In this document: one piece after another, positions 15,601-25,860 of the stretch
Layout of the letters: every line of letters begins with the position of its first letter
How positions within the stretch are numbered: position 1 is the stretch's first letter
Program-made: the position numbers and the translations under genes
Source: the human T2T-CHM13v2.0 reference genome, Homo sapiens
Assembly (NCBI RefSeq): GCF_009914755.1
Contig: NC_060926.1
Reading direction: 5' to 3' (one strand)
Length of the DNA stretch: 64,000 nt
Notes under the pieces: generated by a model
Told to the model about the DNA's origin: nothing
Databases searched by the model: none
What the model saw: only the letters and a program-made list of their open reading frames with translations

Positions 15601-16506
15601 TTTGAGTTTCATTAATCTGAGTTCTAATTAATTTGATTGTGCTGTGGTCTGAGAGACTGTTATGATTTCAGTACTTTTGCACTTGCTGAGGAGTGTTTTA
15701 CTTCCAATTATGTGGTCTATTTTAGAGCAAGTGCCATGTGGCGCTGAGAAGAATGTATATTCTGTTGTTTTGTGGTGGAGAGTTCTGTAGATATCTATCA
15801 GATCCACTTGATCTAGAGCTGAATTCAAGTCCTAAATATCTTTGTTAATTTTCTGTCTTGATCTGTCAGGGGTGTTAAAGTCTCCCACTATTACTGTGTT
15901 GAGAGTCCCTTTGTAGGTCTCTAAGACCTTGTTTTATGAAACTAGGTGCTCCTGTATTGAGTGCATATATAGGATAGTTAGCTCTGCTTGTTAAATTGAA
16001 CCCTTTATCATTATATAATGCCCTTCTTTGTCTTTTTTGATCTTTGTTGGTTTAAAGTCTGTTTTGTCAGCAAGTAGTACTACAAGCCCTGCTTTTTTCT
16101 GTTTTCCATTTGCTTGGTAAATTTTCCTCCATCCCTTTATTTTGAGCCTATGTATGTCTTTGCATGTGAGATGGGTCTTGTCTTTTTATCTAGCTTGCCA
16201 TTTTGTGTCTTTTAATTGGGGCATTTAACCCATTTACATTTAAGGTAATATGTTTGAATTCGACCCTGTCATCATAATGCTGGCTGGTTATTTTGCAGAC
16301 TTGTCAATGTAGTTGTTTCACAGTGTCATTGGTCTGTGTACTTCAGTGTGTTTTTGTAGTGGTTGGTAACGGTTCTTCCCTTCCATGTTTAGTGCTTCCT
16401 TCAGGAGTTCTTGCAAGGCAGGCCTGGTTGTGACAGATTACCTCAGCATCTGCTTGTCTGTAAAGGATTTTATTTCTCCTTTGCTTATGAAGCTTAAGTT
16501 TGGTCT

Positions 16507-16894
16507 AGAAGAAAAGAAAAAGAAAGAAACTCACTCAAAACCATACAACTACATGGAAATTGAACAACTAACTTGCTCCTGAATGACTCCTGGGTAAATA
16601 ATGAAATTAAGGCAGAAATCAAGAAGTTCTTTGAAGTCAATAAGAACAAAGAGATAATGTACTAGAATCTTGAACACAGCTAAAGCAGTGTTAAGAGGGA
16701 AATTTATAGCACTAAATGCTCACATTAAGCTAGAAAGATCTCAAATTGACATCCTAACATCACAACTAAAAGAACTAGAGAACCAAGAGCAAACAAACTC
16801 CAAAGCTAGCAGAAGACAAGAAATAGCCAAGATCAGAGTTGAAGTGAAAGACACAGAGATATGAAAAACAAACACTTCAAAAATAAAAACAAAT
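16507..16894 (+). repeat. Inverted locally templated copy of 14929-~15308 inserted in the L1PA
   Basis: Reverse complement of 14929-15308 including part of the Alu tail; ~11 substitutions and two 4-bp indels by eye. Confidence 0.9.
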
Positions 16895-18132
16895 TGGGTT
16901 GGAAATTCTTTTCTTTAAGAATGTTGAATACTGACCCCAAGTCTCTTCTGGCTTGTAGGGTTTCCACTGAGAATCTGATGGCCTTCCCCTTAGTAGGTGG
17001 CCTGGCCTCTCTTTCTGGCTGCCCTTATCATTTTTTCCTTCATTTTGACCTTTGAGAATCTGATGATTATGTGTCTTGGTCTATGATGTACTTCTCATGG
17101 AGTATCTTACTGGGGTTCTTGGGTTTCCTGAGATTTGAATGTTGGCCCGTCTTCCTAGGTCAGGGAAGTTCTCCTGGATTATATCTTGAAATACGTTTTC
17201 CAACTTGGTTCCATTCTCCCTGTCTCTTTCAGGTGTCTTAGTCAGTCATAGGGTTGGTCTTTTTATATAATCCCATAGTTCTTGGAGGTTTTGTTCATTT
17301 CTTTTAATTCTTTTTTCTCTAATCTTAAATGCCTGTCTTATTTCAGCAACATAGTCTTCAAGCTCTGAGATCCTTTCCTCCGTTTGATCTATTCAGTTAT
17401 TGATACTTGTGGTTGCATTGTGAAGTTTGTGTGTTGTGCTTTTCAGCTCCATCAGATCATTTATGTTCATCTCTAAACTGGTTATTCTGGTTAACAGCTC
17501 CTGTAATATTTTATCATGGTTCTTAGCTTCTTTGCATTGGTTTAGAACGTACTCCTTTAACTCAGTGAAGTTCATTATTACCCATAGTAACAAGGTGATA
17601 TTTATAACAAGGGTTTCAAATAATCTGTATAGTTTTGCAAAAGAGCTCCTGAATTTTGGGATTCTAAATTTGAATACTGTATGTTATTACTTTTCTACAT
17701 GCCAAGAGCTGTTGTAATATTTCTAGGCCATTTTTCAACACTAAGTAAGTTGCTTTGTAAGTGAACATAATTATTAAAGTGGTAAAACAACGAAGCAGAA
17801 CACTAACTTCACACTTCAGTGTATTATTTATTTTGGTTAAGGACCAATAAGACCAAGATTGTGGGTTATAATCCCATGTGGGCCAGTTGATATCCCACCA
17901 ACAAATACTTTCAGTATTCACATGAATATGACTAATTTAGTACAGACTCATGGTCAGCAGTGCAAGCTTCAGATCCCAAGATTAATAGATGCACTTTAAA
18001 ACAATATGTTTTAATGAAAGCACTTTTTTGGCAGGTTTACTTTCTTTAATGCAATGCCAGAGATACACCAACAAAGTGACATAAATGTTGTATATAAGTT
18101 CTCCATAAATAGTATAATTTAATTGGCATGTC

Positions 18133-18226
18133 ATATATATCTATAGATAGATATATTTATCTACAACAAAACAAGGATCCTATAGATATCTATCTATAGA
18201 TATATATATCTATAGATATATATATA
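18133..18226. repeat. AT-rich (TA/GATA) low-complexity tract with a 28-bp perfect palindrome
   Basis: tatctatagatatatatatctatagata at 18191-18218 equals its own reverse complement. Confidence 0.85.
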
Positions 18227-19639
18227 ATGTTAAACTATAAAAACTTCAAAACAGTCCAATAAAGAAGTAGTATAAAATTGAGAACAAATCACATTTGGGG
18301 CCAGCTCCAACAGTGGGCTGCCTAGATATGATGAGGGGAAGAGGCATTTGACAGACTTTCCTTTTGTTAGGTAGGAGACTTGGTTGTTTTTCATCCAGCT
18401 TCTTTCTCAATAGGATTTCAGGTGGCAGGCAATAGTTAGATTTAATCAAATAGACAAATGGATGAAAGACCTGTAGGGCTTTCATTGGCAAATAATGGGG
18501 TGATAAGTGTGTTTGAGAAAGATGCTGCTTGTAGCTGTGTTAACAGTGTAGCAGATAGATTGCTGAGCTTTTAAAACCAGACATTTTCTGCACTGTGTAT
18601 CTTACTAGATCTTTCCAGCAAATTGGAAGATGCATACTGGGAGGAGTTATAGTTCACTCCTTCTGCACCAGAATACCAGATCCAAAGTATTTTAACTCTA
18701 AGAGTTATAGAGAACTTTGAGAAATTTTCAGGAAGCCAGCCTTTGGTAAAATGGCTACAACGTGAATTTTGTTTCGGTGGTCCCCACCTTACCCTTTCAG
18801 TAACTGCCATCATTGACTGAGATCCTGCTGTTGTTTGGCCATCTTAGACTTCTGCCTAGACACACCTGCACTGGGAATTGTTTTGTACTCTGTCCCATCC
18901 AAAATCATCACTTCTCTGTCTCATTTCTTTCAAGTTTTTCACAAACAGATTAATCAGTTCCTTCCTAATGACTTTTTTTCTTCCTCTCTATATATTATGC
19001 ACATTTAATATCAGCTTTTATTTTAATGGTGTGAAATAAAGGAGTGTTTCTAATGGTGTAAAGTTTAAGCATCATGACCATTTACTCTGACAGCAGGTTG
19101 ATCCTGGAGTGCTACTCTTCACACTAGCTCAGTATTAGCTCAGCCCTGGCTTCCCATCCCTGTCTTTTGGTTGAATACATATACATTTAGACAAAGATAA
19201 GAAGATGTCTAGAAATGGGGATTGTACAACTTTCTTCCAGGAACAGCGGAACAGTAATTTACAGCATGGATTTGAGAACTGGAAAGAATTGAGTTAGAAT
19301 CATAATTCCATGTCTTATTAGCTGTGTGACCTAGGGTGGTATATTTAACATCCCCTTGGTAAATGAGGATAATAAAGCTTTACCTAACATTCTTATTGTG
19401 CTGCTTCAGTGAAATAATATATCTAAGAAATTTAGCATCAATATATAATGCAACATATGTAAGAAATTTAAAATATGTGTGGCACAGTATCTGGCACAGA
19501 ATAAACATTCAGAGAATTAATAAACATTCAGAGAATTGTTTTCTCTTTGCCACAGAGAATAAATTAGCAAGAAATTATTCAATGAATAATTTTAGAATTT
19601 TAAAAAAACCTAGCGTGTCTAGAGATACAATACAGTGAA

Positions 19640-20400
19640 CGAAAAAGACAGATCATAATCATCATTAAATTTCAGACCAGCAACAAAGCAAGGATCCTAA
19701 AAGCTTCCAAAGAGATCAAAACTTAGAATGCTGTCACATTGTCCAAGGCAACACTGGTAGAAAAAGTGGAGGAAACCTTCAATTTTTGCTTTTTTTTTTT
19801 TGAAGGAAAATGGTTTCCAACTGGAGAATTCTGAGCATACTCAAATTCTCAATCAAATGAGAGGACAGAATAGGCATTTTCAAACATTCAAGATCTCCTT
19901 TGCACCTTTCTTGGGGAACTGTTGAAGGATGTATTGTAACAAAAGAGTAAACTAAAAAGGGTGATAGAGAATTTAGGAAACAAGGAAAACAACATATGAA
20001 TAGAATCTCCAGGATTATTATGTTGAAGGAGGATCCAAGGATGACAGCTGTGCAACATGCATGTAAGATTATAGTCCTGATCAGAGTAGGGACATGAAGG
20101 GTTCCAGGAAGAATGGCCCCAAGATGATGAAAGCAATAGATCATCTGACATATTTGAATGTATGGGAAGGAGATTTGTACTTCTAGCAGAGAGTATGGGG
20201 ATAAATTAGTGACAGGTCTCTAGAAAATTAAGCAAAGAGAAAAATAAGGTAATTATTAACCAGGGAAAAATGATTTGTGGAATAAGAAATGTAATTGCTA
20301 CTACATAATTATACTGTGAATATTTACCTGGCTGTATAATATAAACACTAAATATTGAACTTACCAAGAATTATGATATAACTATATTTGGACCATGGAA
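19640..20400 (+). mobile_element. Ancient L1M ORF1/HAL1-like fragment
   Basis: ggatcctaaaagcttcca...gcaacactgg...tgaaggaaaatggtttccaac resembles the 3' part of an L1 ORF1-like coding region. Confidence 0.5.
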
Positions 20401-20681
20401 GAACAGAGTAAGCACATGTCCCCAAGTGCCTTTAGATTAGGGCACAACTAACTCTGGCCAGAGAGCAGATGTAATGAGTGTCATTTTGGGGCTACAACAG
20501 TGTGACCCTTCAGCCCCCTCTTCCCATGCTTCAGCAACTTGCAAGGGACAGGGATAATTGGAATGCATCCAGTAGCCTGGAAATCTCTTCTATGTTCTTT
20601 AGGACTGTGACTTCTTAGCTTAGAGAAAAGACGACTAAGAGAAGATTTGACAGCTGTCTAGCTGTCTAGCTGTCTTTTAAT

Positions 20682-21080
20682 CAGCATTGGTAAGCGTTTT
20701 CTGTAGAGGGCCAGGTAGTAAATATTTTAGGCTGTGCAGGCCATATGGTCGCTTTCCAAACTACTTAATTCTGTTGTACTGCAAATAAATGAATGAGTAT
20801 GTGTTCCAATAAAACTTTATTTATGGACATTGAAATTTAAATTTCATAGGACTTTCAGGTGTGTAAAATAAAATTATACTTTCGCTTTTTTTCCCTGGCC
20901 ATTAAAAAAATGTAAAAATCCAGTGAGCCGAGATCGTGCCACTGCACTCCAGCTTGGCGACAGAGTGAGACTCCGTCTCAAAAAAAAAAAAAAAAAAAAA
21001 AAAGTAAACATCATTCGTAGCTCTCAGGTTGTACAAACACAGGTGGAATGGGTCCATGGGCTGTACTTTGCTTACCCGTG
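20682..21080 (+). mobile_element. MER58B-like hAT MITE interrupted by an Alu fragment
   Basis: ttttctgtagagggccaggtagtaaatattttaggc...gttccaataaaactttatttatggaca...tttgcttacccgtg. Confidence 0.75.
20921..21003 (+). mobile_element. Severely 5'-truncated Alu (last ~60 nt plus A tail)
   Basis: cagtgagccgagatcgtgccactgcactccagc...A25. Confidence 0.88.
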
Positions 21081-22097
21081 CTTTAATATTTGAAGGATTG
21101 TTATCCACAGAAGTTAAAAGCATCATACTGTTTGTTTTTAGAGGACAAACTAAGGAGTGGGAGTCCCAGAGGGATAAACTTCAGCCTCAAATTTCCTTGG
21201 GTAATAAGAGCATTTCTACAAATTAGAGCTGCCTGCCAGGAAAAAGGCTGCCTCAAGGCATCTGTGTCCTTGCCGCCCCCACACACAGGTGGGAGGTTGC
21301 ACTAGATGACCTCTGTGCTCCCTTTTAATGGTTACATTACATGGACCTGTAACACAGTTAACATGGGTCATTCTGATAAAACCATTGTAGTGTTTTCCAA
21401 AGTACAGTAACTTCCCACCAGTTTTAGGACAGTGCTTTAGAAAAAAGACCAAAATGTTTGTGTGTATTGCCTTAACTATTGTAAATTAAGCATTTATAGT
21501 GCGGAGATTTACAGAGACTACTTGCTAACCTAAACGTGTTTGCACACAGCCGTATTTTCTAATTTAAATTCAATCATAATATCCAAACAGCCCTTGCTTA
21601 GACCAGCTAAAGGTATAAACTTCATTTTCATCTCATTAGGCCACCTGGAAGCTGCAATCAGTGAGTAGTCTTGACGTCAGTAGTCTGTCTGCTTCATTAA
21701 AATGTTAATTTCATGGCTTTAATTCCCTTTGTAGAATGTACCAATGCAGGACACTGTATGCAGATTTATTCTAAAGCAGACCAATTTACATATTGTTTTT
21801 AGTTTATTCAGACTTTCTCTTTGTATTGCTGTTAAGAACTGCTTTAGTGTTTAAGAAAGTGTTCAAACATTTAGATATGTAAGGCAATTTCAGCCTAAAA
21901 TGAATTTTAAAAGAATTCTGAGAAAGCTTAATTTCTTCATCAGTGACATAATTCTCACTAAGAGTGAAATATACATTTCCTCTCCTACAACTCTGAAGCT
22001 GCACCTTTAAAGAAAGAAAGGTATAATAGCAGTTTTAGCAAATGATCAGGATGAATCTAGCACCTAATAGAGAAATGGATGAGCAAATCTTTTATGT

Positions 22098-22349
22098 CAG
22101 TGGTCCCCAACCTTTTTGGCACCAGGCACTGGTTTTGTGGAAGACCATTTGTCCACGGCTCGGGGAGGGAGTGGGGGGATGGTTTCGGAATGAAACTGTT
22201 CCACCTCAGATCATCAGGCATTAGTTAGATTCTCATAAGGAGCGCGCAACCTAGATCCCTCACTTGCACAGTTCACAGGAGGGTTCTTGCTACCATGAGA
22301 ATCTAATGCTCCCCACTCCCCACTCTGTTGATCAGGCAGGAGGCAGAGC
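22098..22349 (+). mobile_element. MER1B hAT element, right end deleted
   Basis: cagtggtccccaacctttttggcaccagg...gaaactgttccacctcagatcatcaggcattag; stops at ggaggcagagc with no right TIR. Confidence 0.85.
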
Positions 22350-22520
22350 GAGGGAAGTAAAGGACCACTTCAAGGAGAACTACAAATCACTGCTCAAGGA
22401 AATCAGAGAGGACACAAACAAATGGAAAAACACTCCATGCTCATGGATTGGAAGAATCAATATCGTGAAATTGGCCATACTGCCCAAAGCAATTTACAGA
22501 TTCAATGCTATTCCCATTAA
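22336..22520 (+). CDS. LCLAT1: Candidate alternative terminal coding exon of LCLAT1 ([10 protein letters not shown]...LQIQCYSH*)
   Basis: Branch CTAAT (22303-22307), pyrimidine tract, CAG ending at 22335. Read in phase 1 like the canonical last exon, it gives 61 codons to TAA at 22518-22520. AATAAA at 22823 and 23287. The implied 308-aa length matches my unverified recollection of a curated short isoform. Confidence 0.65.
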
Positions 22521-23483
22521 ACTGCCGTTGACATTCTTCATAGAATTAGAAAAAACTCTTAAAATTCATATGGAACCAACAAAAAGCCCATATAGCCAAG
22601 ACAATCTTAAGCAAAAAGAACACAGCTGGAGGCATCACATTACCTGACTTCAAACTATACTACAGGGCTACAGTAACCAAAATAGCATGGTACTGTTACA
22701 AAAACAGACACATAGACCAATGGAACAGAATAGAGAACTCAGAAATAAGTCCGTGCAACTACAGCCATCTGATCTTTGACAAACCTGACAAAAACAAGCA
22801 ATGGGGAAAGGATTCCCTATTTAATAAATGGTGCTGGGAGAACTGGCTAGCCATATGCAGAAAACTGAAACTGGACCCCTTCCTTACACCTTATGCAAAA
22901 ATTAACTCAAGATGGATTAAAGACTTAAATGAAAAACCCAAAACTATAAAAACCCTAGAAAAAAATCTAGGCAATACCATTCAGGACATAAGCATGGGCA
23001 AAGATTTCATGATGAAGATGACAAAAGCAATTGCAACCAAAGCAAAAATTGACAAATGGGATCTGATTAAACTAAAGGGCTTCTGCACAGGAAAAGAAAC
23101 TATCATCAGAGCAAACAGACATTCTACAGAAAGGGAGAAAATTTTTGCAATCTATCCATCTGACAAAGGTCTAATATTCAGAGTCAACAAGAAACTAAAA
23201 CAAATTTACAAGAAAAAACAACCCCATTAAAAAAGTGGGCAAGGGACATGAACAGACACTTCTCAAAAGAAGACATTTATATGGCTAATAAACTTATGAA
23301 AAAAAGCTCAACATCACTGATCATCAGAGAAATGCAAATCAAAACCACAATGAGATACCATCTCACACCAGTCCAAATGGCAATTATTTAAAAGTCATGA
23401 AACAACAGATGCTGGCAAGGCTGTGGAGCGAGAGGAATGCTTTTACATTGTTGGTGGGAATGTATATTAGTTCAACCATTGTG
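22347..23483 (+). repeat. Inverted ~99% identical copy of L1PA segment 12545-13687
   Basis: By-eye alignment gives 7 substitutions and 2 small indels in ~1140 bp. ORF-track peptides ([12 protein letters not shown]..., [12 protein letters not shown]...) recur in the 511-aa ORF. No TSD or poly(A). Confidence 0.95.
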
Positions 23484-23655
23484 TAGCTGGGACTACAGGC
23501 GTCCACTACCACGCCCGGCTAATTTTTTTGTATTTTTAGTAGAGACAGGGTTTCACCATGTTAGCCAGGATGGTCTCGATCTCCTGACCTCATGATCCAC
23601 CCGCCTCAGCTTCCCAAAGTGCTGGGATTACAGGCATGAGCCACCGCGCCCAGCC
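23483..23655 (-). mobile_element. AluY-like, 3' part and tail deleted
   Basis: gtagctgggactacaggc...ttagccaggatggtctcgatctcc...cccagcc; begins abruptly at the L1-copy junction. Confidence 0.88.
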
Positions 23656-24164
23656 AAGGAAATATCTTTATAGATGTCTTCTTGTGTACCTGTGTAAGAA
23701 TTCCTTTGGGATATACAGTCATGCAACACATAATGACGTTCTAGTTAGTGGCAAACCACATATATGATGGCAGTCTCATAAGATCATAATGGAGCTAGAA
23801 AATTCCTATCACCTGGTGACATCATCACATGTTTGTGATGATGCTGATGTAAACCACTATGCTACCAGTTGTGTAAAACAGTAGCACATAAAATTATATA
23901 CCGTAATGATAATGACTATGTTACTGATTTACATAGTTACTGTACTATACTTTTTATTGTTACTTGAGTGTATTCCTTCTGCTTATAGTAAAAGCAGTAA
24001 AACAGCCCCAGGCAGGTCCTTCAGGAGGTATTCCAGAAGAAGGCATTGCTGTCATAGGACATGACAGCTCCATGCTTGTTATTACCTCTGAAGACCTTGC
24101 AGTGAGACAAGATGTGGAGGTGAAGACAGTGATATTGATGATCCTGACCCTGTGTAGGCCTAGG

Positions 24165-24165
<1 letters not shown>

Positions 24166-24204
<39 letters not shown>
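24166..24204. repeat. (TG)~19 microsatellite
   Basis: Direct reading. Confidence 0.95.
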
Positions 24205-24205
<1 letters not shown>

Positions 24206-24357
24206 TTAATTTTTAACAGTTTTTTTTAAAAAAGTTTTTATAATTAAAGGTTATGGAATCAGGATAGAAAGAAAGTCTTTTTGTACAACTTTACAATAGG
24301 TTTGTGTTTTAAGCGAAGTGTTATAAAAGAGTCAAGTTTTAAACATTTAGAAGTTTA

Positions 24358-24619
24358 CTCACACCTGTAATCCCAGCACTTTGGGAACCCGAGGCAGGTG
24401 GATCACCTGAGGTCGGGAGTTCAAGACTAGCCTGGCCAACAAGTTGAAACCTTGTCTCTTCTAAAAATACAAATATTAGCTGGGCGTGGTGGCAGGTGCC
24501 TCTATTCCCATCTACTTGGGAGGCTGAGGCAGGAGAATAGCTTGAACCTGGGAGGCGGATGTTGCTTGCACTCCAGCCTGGGTGACAGAGTGAGACTCCA
24601 TCTCAAAAAAAAAAAAAAA
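24358..24619 (+). mobile_element. AluS with 5' trimming and right-arm deletion
   Basis: ctcacacctgtaatcccagcac...ggaggcggatgttgcttgcactccagcc...A tail. Confidence 0.88.
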
Positions 24620-25128
24620 TTTATAAGTTTAGAGTAAAAAAGTTACAGTAAGCTAAGGTTAATTTATTATTGATGAAAGTTTTTTAATAAATTTAGTGTA
24701 GCCTAAGTGTACAGTGTTTATTAAAGTCTACAGTAGTGTACAGTGGTGTCCTAGGCCTTCACATTCACTCACCCTCACTCACTGACTCACCCAGAGCAAC
24801 TTCCAGTCCTGCAGACTCCATTCATGGTAAGTGCCCTGTAGAGGTATACTATTTTTTATCTTTTATACTGTATTTTTACCATACCTTTTCTATGTTTAGA
24901 CACACAAATACTTAGCATTATGTTACAATTGCCAACAATATTCAGTACAGTAACATGCTGTACAGGTTTGTAGCCTAGGAGCAACAGGCCATACCATATA
25001 GCCTAGGTGGGTCATAGACTATATACTGTCTAGGTTTGTGTGAGTATGCTCTATGATGTTCCCATGACAAAAAAATTGCCTAAAGACACATCTCTCAGAA
25101 CATATCCCCGTCAAGTGACACATAGTTG

Positions 25129-25860
25129 TATGTCCAAGAGTAGAACTGCTGAGTCATAGGGTTTGGTAACCTTAATTTGACCAGCCCCAAATTATACTAC
25201 ATAATAGATACTCCCCTCTAAACACCCACTGGCAATGCACAAGGGTGCCTGTTTCCTCTCATTCCTGTGAACACTTGGTATTATCCAGCTTTCTACTCTT
25301 TGCCAGTCAAATAGGTATATTTTAATTTGGTTTTGTCTGATTACAAAGGATTTTCACATGCCTGATATTTTCTGGGTTTCCTCATCTATTCATTGCCTGT
25401 TTATATCTTGTCTGTGTTTCTATTGGGATTACTATAGTGACTTGTTAATTCGCACTAGTTCTTATGTTCTAGATATAATCCCTTGTTGAATTTTAGACAT
25501 TGCAGGTATGTTCTATTTTATTACATATTCATTGAACAGAAATTCCTGGTGTAATCAAATTAAGAAGTTTTTATCTTACGACCTATGCTCTTGAAGTCTG
25601 GTTTTTAAAAACCTTTCTTGTTACTTGGTCTCCATTTTCTTTTGTTAATTGTATAATTATGTTTTACATTTCAGCTTTATCCATCTGGAGTCCCTTACAT
25701 GTGTTGTTTGGTGTGAGGATCTGGTTTTATTTTTCTCCAACAGTGTGTACTTAATCTGTTATTCTCCATTGATTTGTGATGTTACCTTTATCATATATTA
25801 AGTCCCCATATATTCATGAGAATGGCTTTGAACTCTATTCTGATACTTGTTTTTCCACAA
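25129..25860 (-). mobile_element. Ancient L1M fragment (continues at 23656-23715 across the Tigger)
   Basis: gagtagaactgctgagtcatagg...aacacttggtattatc...ccatctggag resemble old L1 3' sequence. Confidence 0.55.

Larger units (their letters stand above)
23716..25128 (+). mobile_element. Tigger3b-like DNA transposon containing (TG)n and an Alu
   Basis: ta-cagtcatgc...gacacatagttg-ta ends with TA TSD; internal ggagctagaaaattcctatc motif. Confidence 0.8.

Noticed and set aside
16507-16894. Twin-priming inversion of the L1
   Set aside because: The segment is duplicated rather than just inverted, and it includes tail sequence of a later Alu insertion.
19500-19537. 19-bp tandem repeat with two AATAAA; similar micro-repeats at 35253-35308
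   Set aside because: Simple slippage duplications with no supporting exon or downstream element.
22264-22647. 127-aa ORF fusing MER1B to L1 ORF2 peptide
   Set aside because: Non-ATG start inside MER1B and a frameshift at ~22560. The splice-compatible reading is a different frame.
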